Origin: Chiloscyllium plagiosum
Lineage: Eukaryota
Length of the DNA: 64,000 bases
Assembly: GCF_004010195.1 (NCBI RefSeq)
Contig: NC_057711.1
Span: 81,262,714 to 81,326,713 of the forward strand
Reading direction: 5' to 3'
Shown here: piece by piece, positions 13,400-27,190 of the stretch
Position numbering within the stretch: the stretch's first letter is position 1
How the letters are laid out: the number at the start of each line of letters is the position of its first letter
Program-made: the position numbers and the translations under genes
The notes under the pieces: model-generated
Database searches by the model: none
The model's input: the letters and a program-made list of their open reading frames with translations, nothing else
What the model was told of the DNA's origin: nothing

Positions 13400-14690
13400 C
13401 AGACCCACCTACAATACTCACCTTGCTGCAATATTCCAATACTCTTGAATTTTGTTAGTACCCAAAAATCTATCAACTTCTATCCTGAACATACTTAATA
13501 ACTGAACAACTGTAACTCTCAGGAATACAGATTTCCAAAGGTTCTTAACCTTTTGAGGTAAGAAATCACTTCTTATCAGAGTCCTAAATAGTTCATTACT
13601 TCTTCTGTGACCCTGTGTTCCAGATTCTCAGCACCTATTTCTATTCAATCTCTTCTCATCCCAGGAATTCCCTCATCCCAAACCAAACTAGTGAACATTC
13701 GTTGCACTTCCTCTCAGGCAAATATATGTTTCATGGGGAATAGAAATCAAAGTTTACACAGCATTCCAGGTGTGGCCTCGTAATGTCTGTATAATTGAAC
13801 AAAACTTATTTATACATATATGCAAATCCCTTTGCAACAAAAGGTAAAATAACTTTTCCTTTCTTAATTACTTGCTGTACCTGCATGTTGACTTCTTTGA
13901 TCCATAACAAGGGCACACAAATTTCTTTGAATGAAAACAGGTCCCATTTTATTTTAACTTTATTTCTTTATTTTTTGACTTAACACTAAGAAGGACTATA
14001 ATGTTAATCTTTTGAGTTTGTTTGTTTACTTTTCTACCTTGTATCCCAAGAATTTGTACCTAGGTACCCTTGTATCTAAGATGGTGCTGCAATTGGCAAT
14101 ACTGTATATCTTTCACTGTCCTCATATCATCATATACTTGATTACAAAGCAATAAATCCTAATTCTATTTCTAATTTTAATTCTAATTCTATCATCTTTA
14201 TAAAGTGTCCTCTTTGAACTCATTTTTCCAATCAAAACCCTTTTTGCCATATTGTATTCTGTCACGTTCTAGACCACTCATCCATTTTTTCTAAGTCCTA
14301 CTACTATACATCAAATTGCTGCTTTCTTTCCAATTTAACTTTGTATAATCAATAACCTGGACACATGGCAAAGAATTTCCTTATTTAAATCATTGATATA
14401 GAATGTAAGTATCTGAGGCCCAAATGCTGATCCTTTTGGTACCTTACCAATCCAAAATTATCTCTTCTCGATGTACCCTCTGCCTACTATCATTAACTAA
14501 TTCTCAATCCATGCAAAGATATTAATACAAGACTCACACATCCAAATTTTATGCAACATTCTCTTGTGTGGCACTGTATTAAATTATTTTTGAAGGTTGA
14601 AATACATTAAATCCCTCCTAACCACATTATAAATTTAATTCTCAAATAAAAAATCAAACAGATTTATCAGACACAATTATTCCTCCATTA
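13400..14690 (-). mobile_element. Highly decayed CR1 fragments
   Basis: Recognisable CR1 3' and RT nucleotide motifs (CCAGGTGTGGCCTC, GCAAATCCCTTTGCAACAAAAGG, GATCCTTTTGGTACC). Confidence 0.55.
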
Positions 14691-15779
14691 TTCTGTGTTG
14701 ATATCTATCAGATATGATGGCCCAGATAATTTAATGGCCAGAGGGTCATTGGAGCCATGTAGTCTGGAATGGTGCATTGGGACCATGTGGAATCTCAGAC
14801 ATAAAATAGTCTGTAGGAATTGCCTGGAGAAATTGAATTTTATAATGAATAATATCTGCGTCTGGAGCCATCCTAAACTGTCTGTTAAGGTTGGAAAATT
14901 CAGAAGGTTCTAACTCATTTAAACATAATAGTCAGCCAGAATAGGTTAAAAAATTAAAAACCTCCTCTAACTCCAGGGTAACTATTAAATTGAAACCCGA
15001 CACACAACCTGACCCTCTCATCCACATGCTGGACCCAACACCCATCCTGAACCCTTCTACAAAGCTTCACCCAATATGACCCCAATAGAATTAGAACCAC
15101 ACTGCTCAAAGAATGTCTCTACTAGACCCAACACTGCCACTCCTGCCCCCAGCCCAACTCAACCTTGCCCTGTTAGACACAAGCCCCATACACTCCCATT
15201 AAATTGGAATCCACCTGACATTCACTTACCTGGCACCCTAACTACTACACCCACCAGGCATCTGATCCACTGGACACATCACCCACCTGGCACAATTCCT
15301 ATACCTTCCCACCTCTCACCCTATTCCTTTCATTTACTTTACACACCTACCTTTCCTCAGTCCCTATCCAAGTATCATTTCACCCCTTAATTCCTGAGGT
15401 GTTGACAGCAAATGTGGTAAGTGGAAAAGAGGCATGACTTGGCCTGCAATGCTACTCCTACATTGAGGAGACTTCTCCCCAATTTCCTGTGGATATTACA
15501 TTTAGGACAAACCAGAAATGACGTCTTAGTTAGGAAAATCATCAAGGCAAGTGGACAATTTTAAAGGGAATTAGTTTCAGTTAAACTCTATTCCTGAGGT
15601 AGCCAGAATATCTGGGCCATTATGATTTTCCACACAGCCTAATAATAGATTCTAGCATTTAAATTCTTCCTGATATCACACTAATTGGCCTCTATTTCCC
15701 TTCTTTTTCTGTCTTTCTCCTTCCTTAAATAGTGGGGTTATATTTGAAACTACAGTTTCCACATCTTTACCATTTCATC

Positions 15780-18570
15780 AGCAGGAGAGGTGGTGTCATA
15801 GGGGCATTGTCACTAGACCTGAAACCTGGAGATACAAGCTACTGCTCAGGGGAACAATGGGTCCAAACCCCCCTCAGCAAATGGTGACATTTAAAATCAG
15901 TTAACAAAACGCGAGCTAAAAGCTTGTGTAACAATGATATTAAAACCGTTGCTGATTGTTATATAAACCCATTGGTTCACTAATAGCATTGAAGGAAGGA
16001 AAACTAATGTTCTTCCCCAGTCTGGCCTATATGTGACTCCAGAATCACAACAAAGAGGTTGACTTTTAAATGCCCTCTGAAATGGCCTAGCAAGTCATTT
16101 AGTTGTATTAAAACTGTGACAAATTCTGATAACTGGGATGAAACTAGACAGTCCACCCAGCATCAACCACGATGATAGGATCAATGGCACAAACAGCTTT
16201 ATTGATCTCACAAAATCCTTACAACTAACATCTGGGGCTTGGGTCAAGATTGTAAAAGCTGACCCCACAAGCTAGCCAAGCAACATCCTAACAAAGCCAA
16301 TCTTACAAAAGCATACTTCACAGACATTATCCCATCCACCACCATCACCATCCCTGGATAAGTTCTGTCCCATCAACAGCACAGATCCACCAGAAGTGAT
16401 GACACAGTGCTATGTAGTCAGAAAAGAGTTGTCCTGAGAGTTCTCAATATTGAGTCCAGACTCCGGGAACTGTCATAGCATCAGGTCAAACATGAGCAAG
16501 GAAACCTCCTGCTGATCACAACATATCACCTTCCATCCTTTTCAGCCAATTCTCCTCCACGTTGAACACCACTCGGAGTTGAACGATAGAAAAGCAGAGG
16601 CTTCCACAAATATCCTCAGAGTCAATAATGGGGATGCCTAGCACATCGAAGCAAAGATAAGGTTGGAGAATTTTCAGACATCTTCAGCCGGAAGTACCAA
16701 GTAGATAATCTGCCTCGTGATGGCCTCAGCATTATAGATGCCAGCTTTCAGTCAATTTGATTCACTCCACATAATATCAAGAAATGACTGAAGGAACTGG
16801 ACACTGCAAAAGCTGTGGGGCCTGACAATATTCTGCAAGTAGTGCTGAAAACATGTGCTCCAGAGTTATCTGTGTCCCTAAACAATCCATTCAGTACACT
16901 TATAACACTAGCATTTTCCTGAAAATGTGGAAAATTGGCTTCAACCAGTGAAGTTTTCCCTTTAATTGCCATTGACTACAGTATTACTAAAGCTCCAACA
17001 ATGCTGTAGTCAATAGCATTTAATAGGAGAACTCCATTGATTGAAGTCAATTTTCCACATTTCCAGAACAAAGAAAGACAGTTTTAATTGTTGATGGTCA
17101 ATCACCTATGCTACAGAAGATCTCTCCAGGAGTTTCTCAGAATCATGCTCTTGGCCCAAATGCCTTTAGCTTTTTCATTAACGACCATCTCTCCATTAAT
17201 AGGTCAGATGTGGAATGATTGCTAATCGTAGTGTAATGATCAACTCAATTCATAATTCCTCAGATACTGAAGTAGCCCATGAGCATATGCAGCAAGACAT
17301 GGTTGACATTCTGGCTTTGACTAAGAAGTGACAAATAATCATCACACCACACAATTGCCAAGCTATGACAACCTATAGAAAGAGTAACTTGGAGAATATT
17401 ACACAGTTTTGGTCTCCTTACTTAAGGAAGAATATACTTGCTATGGAGAGAGTGAAAGAAAAGTTCATCAAATTGATCCTTGGGTTGATGGGATTGTTTT
17501 ATGATACGATTAGGTCTGTACTTCCCAGATGTTAAAAGAAAGAAGGCTAACCTCATTGACATGTACAATATTCTTACAAGCTGTGGCAAAGTGGATATAG
17601 ATAAGGTGTTTCCTCTCGCTGGTGAGTCTCAAACCAGGGAACATGATGTCAGTTTTAGGGGTAGGCCATTTAAGACTAAGATAAGGAATAATCTGTTCAT
17701 TTAGAGGGTAGTGAATCTTTGGAATTCTCTTCACCAGGAAAGTCAATCATTGAGCAAGTTCAAGAAAGAAATTGATAGATTTCTGGAGAACAATATGATC
17801 AGAGAATATGGAAATAATGTGACAAAGTGTCATTTGGGTAAAGGATGAGCCATGATCTGCTTGAATGACAGAGCAGGTTTGATGGCCTGAATGACATATT
17901 CCATTCCAATGTAAGAGAGAATTTAACCATTGTCCCTTGATATTCAATGGCATTATCATCACAGGATCCCCCACTATCAGCATCACATGTGCATTGATAA
18001 TAAATTAAAATGGACTGTATAAATAGTGTGGCAAAAACAGAAGGTGTTGAGTTACTCACCTTTCTCAAAGCCTGTTCATCAACTGTAAAGCGTATGTCAA
18101 GAACGTAATGATTACTCTTCATTTACTGGCATGGATGCAGTTGCAACAATGCCAACCAAGACAAAGCAACCTACCTGATCAGCAATCCATGTAACACCTT
18201 CAATACTCACTCCTTCCACAGCTGATACACAGTGGCAGAAATGTGTACTACTGCAAAAACTCACCAACGATCCTTCAATAGCACCTTCCAACTTGTGACC
18301 TCTACTAAGTCAAAGGACAGGGGCACCAGATACATGGAACTTCATAACTGTAATTTTCTCTTGAAACCACACACCATCCCAACTTGGAATTCAACGGTCA
18401 CTGATTCAATATCATTGGGTCAAAATCCTGGAAACTCCCCTAATAGCATTTTGGGTGTCCATAAACCACATGGACTGCAGCAGTAGCTTACCACAACCTT
18501 TTAAATAGCAACAAGGGATGGACAAGAAATGCAGACTGATCATTGATGTTCATATCCCGTGTATTTAAAC
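15780..18570 (+). mobile_element. Decayed CR1/L2-group LINE with tRNA/SINE-like 5' region, interrupted by a CR1 3' fragment (~17390-17910)
   Basis: EN-like start ACTAACATCTGGGGCTT at ~16225, RT-like GGAGTTTCTCAG..CTTGGCCCA at ~17130, and a 3' tail at 18340-18560 shared with 51790-52650. Confidence 0.6.
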
Positions 18571-18839
18571 TTCTAACCTGCTCCTCTCATTGCTCACAAA
18601 ATCACCATGCCACTTGATCCTGAATAGACCCTTTTACTCACATTGCTTCCATCATTAACACCATAATATTGTCCATCTATGCCATAGACACAATCTCAAT
18701 GCTTCAGAAACACTTATCCACCCTTTCCCATTACAGAGTTCAACTTTCATGTTGGGTCATCCCTCCTTTGTTTTTCATGATCTCCAGCTCATCCAAAACT
18801 GCCCATGTTCTAACTGCACCAAGTCCTACTCATCAATCA

Positions 18840-19015
18840 TACAGTCAGATAGTCACACAGTCATTGAGTGATAGAGGTATACAGCATGGAAACTGGCCCT
18901 TCGACCCAATTTGTCCATGCCGACCAAAGTTTCTGAACTGAAATGATCCCATTTGCCTGAGTTTGGCCCATATCCCTCTAAACCTTTTCTATTCATGAAC
19001 CTGTCCTAATGTCTT
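18840..19015 (-). mobile_element. CR1/HER1 3' end
   Basis: TACAGCATGGAAACTGGCCCTTCG..GGCCCATATCCCTCTAAACC. Confidence 0.85.
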
Positions 19016-19019
19016 TTAA

Positions 19020-19625
19020 AAATTTAAAATCACACACAAGACCAGGTTATAGTCCAACAGGTTTATTTGGAAGCAGTAGCTTTCAGAGTGTTACTCCTTC
19101 ATCAGGTGGTTGTGGAGTACAAGATCATAAGACAGAATTTATAGCAAAAGTTCACAGTGTGATGCAACTAAAACTTTATATTGAAAAAGACCTGGATTGT
19201 TTGTTAAGTTTCTCATCTTTTAGAATGACCATGTTGGTTTCAGTTCTTTCATATGTAAATGCCAAAAATTCCTTACAGTTACATTCTCAAGTGAACTTTA
19301 ACAATAGATGCCATGTCGTCTCAGATAATGCAGTGAAGGTGTGAGGTGCCCTGTGTGAGGCTGTCTGTGCCCCAGTGTTTAGACTGATTCTATTTCTAAA
19401 TAAGGGATTTAAAGAATCTTACATGGATTCATGCAGTTTTTGAGCAAACTAAAATATAATTCTGCAAGTACAAATTTATACCGCAAAATTATAGGTGCAT
19501 GCATGCATGGGGGTGTGTGTGTATGGGGAGGTATGGTGTCTGTGAGAGAGTGTGTGTATGTGTATGAGTGCAAGTGTAAAGGGTTAGAAGTCTGTGAGAG
19601 GTGCGTGTGTAGATGAGTGTGGATA
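19020..19625 (-). mobile_element. PLE (second family) 3' region with hammerhead remnant and GT-rich tract
   Basis: Minus strand reads CCTGATGAAGGAGTAACACTCTGAAAGCTA; the terminus is shared with the 9345 and 34705 copies. Confidence 0.7.
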
Positions 19626-20199
19626 GTCATTCTCCACCTCTCCCTCATTCTTCTTGTCATGGTATATCCTTCTTTAATTGGGTGTAAGATTGTGTGTATT
19701 GATTCTGACTTTGGAACATTTTATGACATTAAATATACTTTACAATTGCAAGTTGTTGATCCCCAAGAGTAAAAGAGAATTTAGCAGTTTCCTATTTGTC
19801 AAACAGATGTGAACTGCAAAAAAAAAGGCAAATGTTGCTCAATATTCATAAGTCTTGGTTTAACCATAGCTTTAATGGTGACCTGATGTGCAATGCTGAA
19901 AATTTCTCTGATGGTTGCTTGAGGTGAGTAACACGAGGAAACTTGAAGTCCGATTTGAGCAGATGATTAATCACAAAAATAAAAAAAAACACAATTTTAA
20001 ACAGGCATGAAAGAAAGTCATTACCTTTTTTGAAATTATGACAACAAAGTAGATTATAATTCTAATCAAATGCATTGTATTATTGTCTATGGTGCTTCTA
20101 AACTCTATAATTACATTACATCCAAATTATCTCAAATATAGAAAATGGATTGATATTTAAATGCAACTGAATGTAAGGCAAGTATTTAATAAGTATTAC

Positions 20200-20295
20200 C
20201 TTTTTCCTCTGGGCCTCGATCATAATTATTAAGAATGTGGACGTGACATTGAATCGCATAGCCCTGGATTTGGTGGGCTTTCAACGGTTGTCTTG
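20200..20295 (-). other. Candidate exon (96 nt)
   Basis: TTCTCCTCAATACAG acceptor, AAG|GTAATA donor, open frame RQPLKAHQIQGYAIQCHVHILNNYDRGPEEK. Confidence 0.3.
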
Positions 20296-21199
20296 CTGTA
20301 TTGAGGAGAACAGTTTCAAGCTGCTTCCTGTACAATCTAAGTGGCCTTCTCACACAAGTGGGCACAAACAGTGGCATCCCATGCAGTCATCCAAACATTT
20401 TGCATTGACCCTACTGTGACACCTGATGTGATGCCTGCATCCTAAACTTGGGCAACACGGGTCTTGATTATGCATGCGTTATCCACTCCTTCAAACACAA
20501 GATTGAAACAGCAGGGAGTGTTTGCAGTAGCTTTGTTTAAGCAACCAAGCACCATGGTTGCAGATATGTCATGCTTTGAAACCTTTTCGATTGGAAAGTG
20601 CTGCAATGTACCCTGGAAGATTATTTTGGAGGAGATTTGTTGTATGTGCAAGAATATGTTGCTACATCCTCCCAAAAATGGCAGAGGACTATGGGATACA
20701 AAGGCTGCAAGAAGATGTATGTGTGGCAGAAGCAATGCCTCAGTATCTACAGAAAAGCTGTGAGGTGGAGCAGAAGCTACAAAGAGGACAAGCTCCATGC
20801 CATACATTCTGCTACTTTTCTAAGTGGGATCCAGACGCCTCCACATTTCTCAGCACTGACAGGTTGCAATCCAGAAAACCAGCTAACACACTCAGTCTTG
20901 GTGTATATCTTCAGTCAGCTCTCTCACATATGTCATTCCATCAATGAACTCACCGGCGTCCTCTGTAGCAATAATTATCATTCACCTTGCCCACCCATGA
21001 GCAGGCAACCCAATGTCTTGTCACCCTGATCTGGCTGCAGCCTATTATTGATCCCAATATCAACCTCAAGTCAAGTTCAGTGCCAATGCCTGGGCTGTCA
21101 GTTCTACTGATAAAGCCATCACATCAGTGCTGTGCTAGTGCTTTCTTTCATCTACCAGGCAGCAGTTTGTGTTTGACTGAAAGCAAGGACTCAGAAAGG

Positions 21200-21615
21200 G
21201 AAGGCTTGTGGGCCAAGGGGGCTGAGAGATAAATTGGAGTGGAGGTGAGGCTGAGGGGAAGGTAGCTGGGAATGCGATGTGTAGATGAAGGTGGAGTGAA
21301 AGTAATTGATCGGAGAGGAGGGGGGAGTGGATCAGTGAGAAGGAAGATGCTTCACTTATCTGCTCCCACCTATCTGCTCCATCCTCCTCTCCAACCTATC
21401 GCATTCTCAGCTACCTTCCCCCCAGCCCCATCCCACCTCCTCCCCCCCATTTATCTCCCAGCCCCCTTGGCCCACAAGCCTCATTCCTAATGAAGGGCCT
21501 ATGCCTGAAACATCAATTCTCCTGCTCCTCAGATGCTTCCTGACCTGCTGTGCTTTTCCAACACCACACTCTTTGAGTCTGAACTCCAGCATCTGCAGTC
21601 CTCACTTTCTCCTCA
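21200..21615. mobile_element. PLE terminal repeat, inverted arrangement, degenerate hammerhead
   Basis: 21200-21340 is the reverse complement of 21350-21482, followed by TTCCTAATGAAGGGCCTATGCCTGAAAC. Confidence 0.8.
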
Positions 21616-22719
21616 GAATGGGAAGTTAAGGGTGAGGGAAGGGGAGGTAGTTGGGAAACAGGAAGTTCATATTCACACTATCTTACAATGCCATTCCCTT
21701 TCAAGGATGGTCTTTTGGCTGTCTTGGTCTCTCAGAAATCCAAAGACTATGAAGTATCATTGGCTCCATCACCACATCCACCATTTTGGATCATTCTGTT
21801 TCGTTGCTCACTTTGGCAGGATTTCGATTGCAACAAATGTGATGTGAAACTTCCTTTTAAGCAGCAGATGTGAGCCTGGGCAATGGCAAGAAATGTTGTG
21901 CAACTGGCAGTAATGTATCTTGCTAATGGTACAGATATGAGTTTGGACATTTATCTCAGAGTAAGACATAGCCACTAACAGACTGCAAACTGTCAAATTC
22001 AGCTTGAAATGGTTGCAGGACAAAAGGTGGAACCAGTGGCTCATGAGTGGATTTCGTGGAGGGGACCGCAGACATCTTCTGTCTTCCCAGTATTTAGCTG
22101 AAATAATGTCTGCTCATCTAATATTAAGTGCCAAGGGAAAGCTTGAAACGTAGATACGTGAAGGGGTCATGTTAGCAGTTTGTTGACAACTGGGTGTTGT
22201 CAACATACGGAGGCCAATGTTATGAGTTGATGAATGGAGGTGAAAATAGAAGGGCTCATGAATAGGATTTTATTGAACCCAGTAGCAATAATGCAGAGCA
22301 GGGAAGCAAATCATTTCTGGGGTATTCTCTGACTATGGCTCCTGTGGAAGATCAATAGAAATCCCAAAGAATTGGCTCTTGAAAGAATTTCTGCATTGTT
22401 ACCATTGATCTCATAAAAACGTTATGGCAAGACATTAGGACAATCCTTTAAATGGTTAATTGTACCAATATGCTTACAATAGTTACTAGACATGTACCTT
22501 ATGATGATGTCAGATCTCCTGGGGCTGAGACCTTATGGGACATAGGTTCTGCTCCATCATGTTTACGTTTGTAGTTTATAGTTAATAAATGTTAATAGCT
22601 TGCACATGCACCGTGTTTTATTCTGACCTGTTCCAAGTCTCAGACACTGTATCCAATAGTCATGAATGGAGGCAAGTGCTGACCAGACCACAATAATGGC
22701 ATTTACCAGTAGGGGAAAG

Positions 22720-22817
22720 ACTGAAGAGAAACCCCTGGATGCTGCCTGACCTGTTGCGCTTTTCCAACAACACATTTTCAGCTCTGATCTCCAGCATCTG
22801 CAGACCTCACTTTCTCC
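22720..22817 (+). mobile_element. Short PLE terminal fragment
   Basis: GGATGCTGCCTGACCTGTTGCGCTTTTCCAACAACACATTTTCAGCTCTGATCTCCAGC. Confidence 0.8.
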
Positions 22818-23157
22818 TGTTACCCTAATGAGCAAATTTAGAGCATGGAAATGTCCCTAACCATTGGAGCAAGGGCAGAGCAGAAGTATTCTGTTTTCTT
22901 TTATTCAGGGCGCAATGCTGAAGCTATACTACAAAGTAACTGAACAAGAACATATGGGAAAGGTGCCAACTGTCATAGCACTATATCTCTGCTGTGGCGG
23001 GAAAGATCTTCACTTGTGTTCAAGTATCAAGAGGGTCTGCTGTGCATATCATAAAAGGGGCAATTTTAATGTTGTTTACTCAAATGGTAGTATTATCAGC
23101 CAGGCAAAATTGAGAAACTTGAGACCGCTTCAGTCCACAACTGTTAAGGAAGAGACA

Positions 23158-23830
23158 TGTGTTATGGACCACTCCAAACGCCCTCAAAGTATATCAATGA
23201 CATAAACTAGACCCTAACTTTTATATTTATTTAAAGGCAAGTGTAAGGCACTGTGTTCCAGATGAGATTCGATTAGTCCGCTACTGGGCTTTAGTAAAAT
23301 ACACTTTATTCTTAAAACACAGTTAAAATACAAACAAAAACAAAGAATTGGAATGACTTTATTGAAATACTTAATGAAAAAAAAATTATACTTAACTTTT
23401 AATCAATACAGCAGAACCCCATAAACACAAACTTGGCAAAGGCAAGTTCATCAAGTAAATTTTCCTCATGTATTATTTCCTCCCCAATCCAGGAGAAAGG
23501 AACACCTAAAGAAACAATCTACCAACAAAGAGAGAAAGCAAGCTTTTGCTGCAACAGAGAGAGAGAGAGAGAGAGTAAAGAGAGAGAGAGAGAGAAAGAG
23601 AACTGTTTCAATGGCCAACTCCAAACCCCAACTGAAAGCAAAACGAAAACCCTGTGTCTGTGTGAGCATGACTTAACCTATGCATTTTTTTTGTCTAATT
23701 GTCAAGAAGCTCAAAGCTGTTTATCCATTGTTTCTGAAGCAGACATTCTGTCACCGCTGTGGCAACACCTTTCTGTAATGGAAACAGCACTGAACAACAG
23801 CACTGTCTCTTAAAGGCACAGTACTGTCAT
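23158..23830. mobile_element. Probable solo LTR-type interspersed repeat
   Basis: Homologous to 61965-63610 (CCTAACTTTT..AAGGCAA.TGTAAGG..CTCTTAAAG.CA.AGTA.TGTCA). Contains (AG)n at 23556-23595. Confidence 0.45.
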
Positions 23831-24377
23831 ATATGGAAGAACACTTTTTTTATTATGAGAAATAGGCACACAGATCAATTTCTATTATCAAGTAATTTAT
23901 AGCAGGCAAACTAGTTTCAAGTTATGTACATGAGTGATGTATCCACTCTTTCAGACTCCTTGCCATGATTAAAGCCTGGATTTCTCTAGTCATCTTCCAT
24001 TCAACTCCAGGTAAAGGTGATAGTTAAATCAGAGTGAGACGATAGATGCAAGTTTTACTCAAATACAATGGAAGTGATCTCCAATATGTTGTATGCCATT
24101 CCCATTAAGTCCGATGCTTGTTTAGCATTGAACTTTTTTTGTTTGGTGGTTGCAAAAGAAACACGAGCAATCACAGATATTGAAAATCAAGCCTGTGATG
24201 AAAACCAGACCACTACACAAAAGAGAAAGAGACTGAAATCCTCAAGAGTCAGATGATATCGGCTTTAACTCAACACCATGAGAGATCAACAAACTCTTGG
24301 CAAAGCTACAGAAGACTTAACAGAAGGTTCTAAACCAGCGTGACTTGTAAAGTTAAAGTAACAGCAGTTGAGGAGAA

Positions 24378-24889
24378 TCTGGATTAGTGGTGCTGGAAGA
24401 GCACAGCAGTTCAGGCAGCATTCAAGGAGCTTCGAAATTAGATTAGATTAGATTAGATTACAGTGTGGAAACAGGCCCTTCGGCCCAACAAGTCCACCCA
24501 CCGACCCGCCGAAGCGAAACCCACCCATACCCTTACATTTACCCCTTTCCTAACACTACAGGCAATTTAGTATGGCCAATTCACCTGACCCTGCACATCT
24601 TTGGATGGTGGGAGGAAACCGGAGCACCCGGAGTAAACCCACGCAGACACGGGGAGAACGTGCAAACTCCACACAGTCAGTGGCCTGAGGCGGGAATTGA
24701 ACCCGGGTCTCTGGTGCTGTGAGGCAGCAGTGCTAACCACTGTGCCACCGTGCCGCCCCCACTGTGCCACCGTGCCGCCCCGAAATGTCAATTTCGAAGC
24801 TCTTTGGATGCTGCCTGAACTGCTGTGCTCTTCCAGCACCACTAATCCAGAATCTGGTTTCCAACATCTGCAGTCATTGTTTTTACCCC
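24378..24889. mobile_element. Palindromic PLE terminal-repeat insertion with 14-bp TSD
   Basis: TSD GCAGTTGAGGAGAA at 24364-24377 and 24890-24903. Arms 24378-24439 and 24790-24851 are reverse complements. Confidence 0.88.
24440..24780 (-). mobile_element. HE1-type SINE, young, full length
   Basis: A and B boxes (GGTTCAATTCC), (ATTAG)n tail, flanked by CGAAAT. Confidence 0.93.
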
Positions 24890-25979
24890 GCAGTTGAGGA
24901 GAAGTTCATTCTAGTTGAATCATAAATGAAAACCAATGAAATTTCAAGAACCTCTACAGGCAAGGTGGTGGCCACCATATTTGAGTAATCTCAGATCAGA
25001 GTGTGAGAAAGAAATTTTTAGTCTCACACAGAGAACGTCTCAGATCTTTAAAATAATTTCAGTTAGTATAGTCGGTACCTCAACCCTATTCACTAAAGTG
25101 AACTGTATGTTCAATCATTACAAAAATGAGCAAAGAGCAGCAAGAGGAGCTTAATATATTTGAAGAATATCTTCAAACTTTGGAGTCAGTCCACTAAGAG
25201 GTATTTCTGGACACTGAAGTCCAAACTGGATCAGGCAAATAGTAGTTATTAATATGAATTAGAGCTGAAACTGGAGTCTGCAATTGAATCTCAATAACAA
25301 GCCATGGAACACTCAATTAGCAGTCACATAGCACCATCAAACCATATGGAGAGATTCAGATGTTAGAGATGTGCAACAAAAATGTGAATATACTACAAAG
25401 TACAGCTGCTGTACAACATCTAGAGATTACAAGAGCATTAAACAAATGTGATGGTTGAAAAGGTTCCTACATAAGATGTCCTTTCTGTTACCTGAAGATA
25501 CCTACTGATGATATTAAATTTAAAAGTAAGTTTGCAGATTGGAATGCAATGCATAAATCTTGGTACCAAACACAATACAGGTTCAAGAGAATTTAATTTC
25601 CTCGAATGTTCTTGTTTATCTTACTGTTGATGATGGTGTATATCTAGTTCCAACAGAGTTCCCCAGAGGAGAAACTAAATTGCAGCAGTAATATTGAACT
25701 GAAGAAAAGAGGACATCACAAGTTTTCCCCCAGTTCACTCCAAAACTTGCCCTTTTTATTCGATTTTAAGTCTACTTACTTACCTAAAGAATAAAATTCC
25801 CTTAATGGCTAGATAAGTAATACATTAAACACCTAGCTCTGATTCCTTAAATTTTGCCATTCCTCACTCTTTGTTAACAATAATTTAATTTTGTTGAGTT
25901 TCCATTCTATTTTCCAAGTATCGATAGCAGCAGTTCCCTCCATTACAAATTGGTTAGGTTCTGCTCTTTTTAATCAGCT

Positions 25980-27190
25980 AACTCCTTGAAAGTGGAGTCG
26001 CAGGAAGATAGGATAATGAAGACAGCATTTGGGAAGCTTGCCTTTATTGGTCAGTGCATTGGGTATAGGAATTGTGAGGTAATGTTGCGCCTATACAAGA
26101 CATTGGTTAGGCTACGTTTGGAATATTGTGTGCAATTCTAGTCTCCCTCCTATCGGAAGGATGTTGTGAAACTTGAAAAGGTTCAGAAAAAATTTACAAG
26201 GATGTTGCCAGGGTTGGAGGGCTTGAACTAAAGGAAGAGGCTGAATAAGCTGGGGAAAATTTTCCCTGGAGCATCAGAGACTGAGGGGTAACCTTATAAA
26301 GGTTTGTAAGATCATGTCTGGATAGGCTGGGACACTTTTTCACTGGAGCGTAGGAAGTTGAGAGATGACCTGATAAGTTTATGAAATAACAAGAGAGATA
26401 GGGTTGATGGCAGTTGTCTTTTCCATAAGATGGGAATTTCAAGACTAGGGGGCACATTTTTAAGGTGAGGGGAGAAAGATTTTAAAAAGACATAAGATGC
26501 AAATGTTTTACACAGAGGGTAGTCTGCATGTGGCATGTGGAGGTGGTGGATGCAAGTACAATTACAATGTTTAAAGACATTTGGATGGATACATAAATAG
26601 GAAAGGTTTGGAGGGATATGTGCCAGGAGCAGGCAGGTGGGACTTGTTTAGTTTGGGATTATGTTCGGCATGGACTGGTTGGACCAAACGATCTGTTTCC
26701 GTGCTGTACGACTCTATGACTCTGTGAGGGGCATGGATAGGTTGAATAGTCAAGGTCTTTTCCTGGGGGTGGGAGAATCAAAAACTAGAGGGCAAAGGGT
26801 GAAGGTGAGAGGGAAAAGATTTAAGAGGGACCTAAGGAGCAACTTTTTCACGCAGAGGGTGGTGTGCACATGGAACGAGCTGAAAGAGGAAGTGGTGGAG
26901 GTTGATTCAATAACAACATTTAAAAGGCATTTGGATGGGTACATGAATAGGAAGAGTTTAGGGGGATATGAAGTAAAACCTGATGAAAGGCTTTTGCCTG
27001 AAATGTTGATTTCGCTGCTCCTTGGATGCTGCCTGAACTGCTGTGCTCTTCCAGCACCACTAATCCAGAATTAGGGGGATATGAGCCAAGTGCTGGCAAA
27101 TGGGACTGGATTAATTTAGGATATCTGATCGACATGGACGAGTTGGACCAAAGGGTCTGTTTCTGTGCTTTACAATTCTATGACTCTATG
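25980..27190 (+). mobile_element. CR1/HER1 3' fragment with a nested second CR1 3' end (~26315-26722)
   Basis: Two (CTCTATGA)n tails at ~26720 and ~27185; peptide FFTQRVVCTWNEL..FKRHLDGYM. Confidence 0.9.
26972..27070 (+). mobile_element. Short PLE hammerhead insert with 14-bp TSD inside CR1
   Basis: TSD TTAGGGGGATATGA at 26958-26971 and 27071-27084; core CTGATGA AAGGC-TTTT-GCCT GAAATGTT. Confidence 0.9.

Noticed and set aside
20440..21030. Overlapping 99-143-aa ORFs
   Set aside because: No recognisable motif or splice structure; probably chance or an unrecognised decayed repeat.
24680..24780. tRNA genes at SINE heads
   Set aside because: The A/B boxes belong to HE1 SINEs with a body and CR1-like tail; no complete cloverleaf is evident.
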